DNA of 64,000 nt from Eledone cirrhosa (taxonomy: Eukaryota), in contig OZ024754.1 of the NCBI GenBank assembly GCA_964016885.1, positions 6,448,001 to 6,512,000 on the forward strand, written 5' to 3'. Positions 59,796-64,000 of the stretch are shown here, piece after piece (positions within the stretch are counted from its first letter, which is position 1; each line of letters opens with the position of its first letter). The notes beneath the pieces are model-generated. The model was not told the DNA's origin and did not search any database. It saw nothing but the letters and a program-made list of their open reading frames with translations. Position numbers and translations under genes: made by a program.

Positions 59796-60580
59796 GTACA
59801 TACATACACACATACATACATAAAAATAAATTAACATTTATTATTATTACCCTATATATATACTATAAATTATGTCCATAGAATCATTTGATAAGATATA
59901 TACACCATTTCCTCTCCCAATGAGCATAAACAACCACAGAAAAAACCAATTAAACCAGGCTATAAGATTAAAAGGCACCTATGAAGAAATAATAGATACA
60001 TAAAAGTCAGCCATCTATTCGCGATCAACTGCTATAGAATATTTACCTGGCATTTCAATAGCACGTGGAAATCGATTAAATATATCGTCAACCATACACA
60101 ATTAGGTATAAAATTAAAGTTAGGAGAAAAAATGCATATAAACATACTAGGATTACGTTTCTACCCTTTAGGGTTTCATTCGCTTTTGGAAATATCCGAT
60201 CAAGGATAAATTTCCGAGCATCGAAATCACCAGGAACCAAACTCACTTGGACGAAGATTTTTCTTAAATGATCCCCGCCAGAAACGAATTCAAAATGGCT
60301 AAGAACTGTGGCGTGGCAGTGGTCAAGTCAGAAAGAATGTGATTGGTGCCTTACGGCGAGTCGGCTGGTTGCTAGAAAGCGCAGCCTAATATTGCCTAAA
60401 TTGCATCTCAACCTTATGGGAGATTATCAAATATAAAGATTTACACAAACTAGACAAAGTCATAGATATATATGTTTTTGGCAACCATTCACGATGTGGC
60501 TCAATGATGAATTAATAAATTTAATAATCAGAGCAATATACTATAAATTATGTCCATATAATCATTTGTTAAGATATCAA

Positions 60581-60687
<107 letters not shown>

Positions 60688-60825
60688 ATTTATTTATTAA
60701 TGTTCATAAGAATTGTGCTTCTTCATTAAGCATTTTTAAAATCCTTTTTGACTTCCACCGATATTTTACTACCCCCCCCCCCCACACACACACACACATA
60801 CATACATATATATATGCATGCAATC

Positions 60826-60890
<65 letters not shown>

Positions 60891-61398
60891 TATATATATG
60901 CACATATGTGTGAATGTATCTATGTATCTGTATGTATGTATGTATATATCTATCTATGGGTATGTATATATATATCTATGTATATATTTATGTGAATGTA
61001 TATATCTGCCTCTCTGTCTGTGTCTGTCTGTCTGTCTGTATGTCTGTCTGTCTGTATGTATGTATGTCTGTATGTATGTATGTATGTATGTATGTACATA
61101 TGTATGTATAAGTAAATACTATTAAACACGATAAAACTACAAGCGGATTTATTCATGTGTCTCCCATATCTCCGACCTTCCACGGATTCCTCTTAATTGC
61201 ATTATCTTACTCCACTGACAAGCTTCACTATTTATAACTCGGCTATTCAATGTCGGTTAAGATAGTCAGGAAGATTGGGTGAGGGTGGAGAGAAGCTGCA
61301 GCTGGGGTGGGGACATTTGGAAAGAGCTTACTCTATTTGTTTTAATGGCGAGTGAAATAGTGTAGAATATATTGTCATTGTTACTAATGAATAATGAA

Positions 61399-61473
<75 letters not shown>

Positions 61474-61960
61474 GAGAGGATGTATTCGTTGAAAGTGATG
61501 ATGGTGGTTATATATATATATATATATATATGTTTGTATGTATATATATATGTATATATGTATATATATATATGTATATATGTATATATGTATATATATA
61601 TGTATGTATATATGTATATATATATATGCATATATATGTATGTATATATGCATACATATATATATATGTATATATATGTGTATATATATATATGTATATA
61701 TATGTGTATATATATATGTGTATATATATATGTATACATATATATGTATATATGCATATATATATACATATATATATGTATATATGCATATATATGCATA
61801 TATATATACATATATATGTATGCATATAAGTATACATGTATATATGCATATATATATATGCATATATATGCATATATATATATACATATATGTGTGTATA
61901 TATATATATATGCATATATATGCATATATACATGTATACGTATATGCATATATACATTTA

Positions 61961-62050
<90 letters not shown>

Positions 62051-62141
62051 TGTATATGTATATGCATATATATATATGTATGTATATATGTATGTATATA
62101 TATATATATGTATATATGCATATATACATATATATATATAT

Positions 62142-62495
62142 TAGAAAGTGAGGGTTTTTTTACAAAATGAAAAATAACCGAGGTGTCCTACACGAGTGAA
62201 AGTATAAAGAAAAAGAGATGAAATCGAAAATGCAACTGGAGTCTTATTTTTAAAAAAAATATATATATTTATTTGGTTCTTTTACCGGTTTCGCAGTTCT
62301 TCTGCTTTTCAAAGGGTGAGATGAGATGGAGGGTCTGTGGTTTTTCTCACATCTGTGAGAAAAACCACAGACCCTCCATCTCATCTCACCTTTTGAAAAG
62401 CAGAAGAACTGCGAAACCGGTAAAGGAACCAAATAAATATATATATTTAAAAAAAAAATAAGACTCCAGTTGCATTTTCGATTTCATCTCTTTTT

Positions 62496-62565
<70 letters not shown>

Positions 62566-62877
62566 GACGTAAAATAAGAAAATTTTAAAAATCAAAAATC
62601 AACTTACTTACTAAAATTTTCACTCCAAAAAAAAAAAAATATATATATATTTATTTGGTTCCTTTACCGGTTTCGCAGTTCTTCTGCTTTTCAAAGGGTG
62701 AGATGAGATGGAGGGTCTGTCGTTTTTCTCACATCTGTGAGAAAAACCACAGACCCTCCATCTCATCTCACCTTTTAAAAAGCAGAAGAACTGCGAAACC
62801 GGTAAAGGAACCAAATAAATATATATATTTAAAAAAAAAATAAGACTCCAGTTGCATTTTCGATTTCATCTCTTTTT

Positions 62878-62969
<92 letters not shown>

Positions 62970-63040
62970 GACGTAAAATGAGAAAATTTTAAAAATCAAA
63001 AATCAACTTACTTACTAAAATTTTCACTCCAAAAAAAAAA
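62142..63040. mobile_element. Large fold-back element, partly duplicated in tandem
   Basis: ~148-bp inverted arms (62204-62500) centred near 62352; most of the structure repeats at about 62630-63040; flanked by TA tracts. Confidence 0.75.
62389..62426 (+). ncRNA. Minimal hammerhead ribozyme, U3-A8 core variant
   Basis: CCUU-UUGAAAA-GCAG(AAGAA)CUGC-GAA-ACCGGU-A-AAGG; palindromic stem III ACCGGU; mirrored copies on the minus strand at about 62279-62316 and 62661-62698. Confidence 0.7.
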
Positions 63041-63691
63041 AAAAATATATATATATATGTGTGTGTGAGTGTGGGGCGGCTTAGGATATTCGGTTTACAA
63101 TCATAAGGTTGTAAGTAAAATTCCCGGTGCTGCGTTGTGTCCTTGAGCAAGAGTCTTTAAATTGATATAGATGCAGTGAGAAAGAGATACGAGTGAGGAA
63201 TAGACTCAGTATTCCAGGTCTGAAAATAAACTTCTTCCAGAGAAGGAAGGAAAGTGAAATAGAGAGATAGAGAGATGATGTGCGAAAGAGACATGAGCCT
63301 GGAATCGACTCCACTACGGGATTGCTACATTTTTTTACCGACCTCAAAAGCATAATGGCAAGTTAACCTCGGTGGTATGAACATTGCAAAACATTCTATT
63401 CGATGTTTTAACGACTCTGCCAATTCAACGCAAATGTGAAAGCTGTACAACTTCCTAAATTCTGCAGACGTGCTCAAATTGTTTTTTTAAAACACCCTTG
63501 AACTATATATTTATCTATAGTGTAGGTAAACGGATGGTAAGTTTTTAGTTACTGAGTTACAGGAAATTCTCTATGTACTAATGTTTACACTACAGATTAA
63601 CTGAAATAATTTAGGCGGAGTCGGGAAATACCTTAAACTATCTGACTATACTTGATGGTGAGTTCTGTTTTGTTACAACAGAGTTTCTACA

Positions 63692-63993
63692 TAAAATAAA
63701 GTACCAGTAATGTACTGGGTAATTGCTGGCCTTGTGCCTAAAGTAGAAACAATTATTATTATTATTATTATGGATTGGCAGTATCGGTAGAGGGTCGGAC
63801 GCCATGCTTTGCAGCAGAGTTACGACCCTTTACGGTCCGAGTTCAAATCCCGCCGAGATTAACTTTGCCTTTCATCCTTACGGGGTCGATAAAATAAAGT
63901 ACCAGTCACGCACTGGGGTCGATTTAACCGACTTTCCCCTCCTCCAAAATTGCTGGCCTTGTGCCTATATAAGTAACCATTATTATTATTATT
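63692..63993 (+). mobile_element. Family-1 SINE (63771-63993) preceded by a SINE 3' fragment
   Basis: Near-consensus copy with an (ATT)n tail. Confidence 0.85.
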
Positions 63994-64000
63994 GATTGAC

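Overview
Repeat-rich animal genomic DNA, most likely from a coleoid cephalopod (octopod-like tRNA-derived SINEs, very dense (TA)n/(CA)n/(GA)n microsatellites; taxon inferred). The window is essentially one ~28-30 kb segment present twice (1-28048 and 30995-61183) on either side of a 200-N scaffold gap, probably two haplotypes assembled in tandem. The only convincing host coding sequence is a 780-nt minus-strand exon, one per copy, encoding the whole H-NOX domain and the start of the PAS/HNOBA region of an atypical, predicted O2-binding soluble guanylate cyclase (Gyc88E-like). The other ORF-track entries are microsatellite/satellite artefacts or LINE fragments. The most notable hidden signal is a set of type-I hammerhead ribozyme motifs from several distinct sequence families. 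They lie in short non-coding elements inserted in (TA)n tracts, often as fold-back palindromes centred on or next to the ribozyme, and several differ in presence between the two copies. These are consistent with Penelope-like/retrozyme-type non-autonomous retroelements. All ribozyme folds were paired by eye and none is shown to be active.
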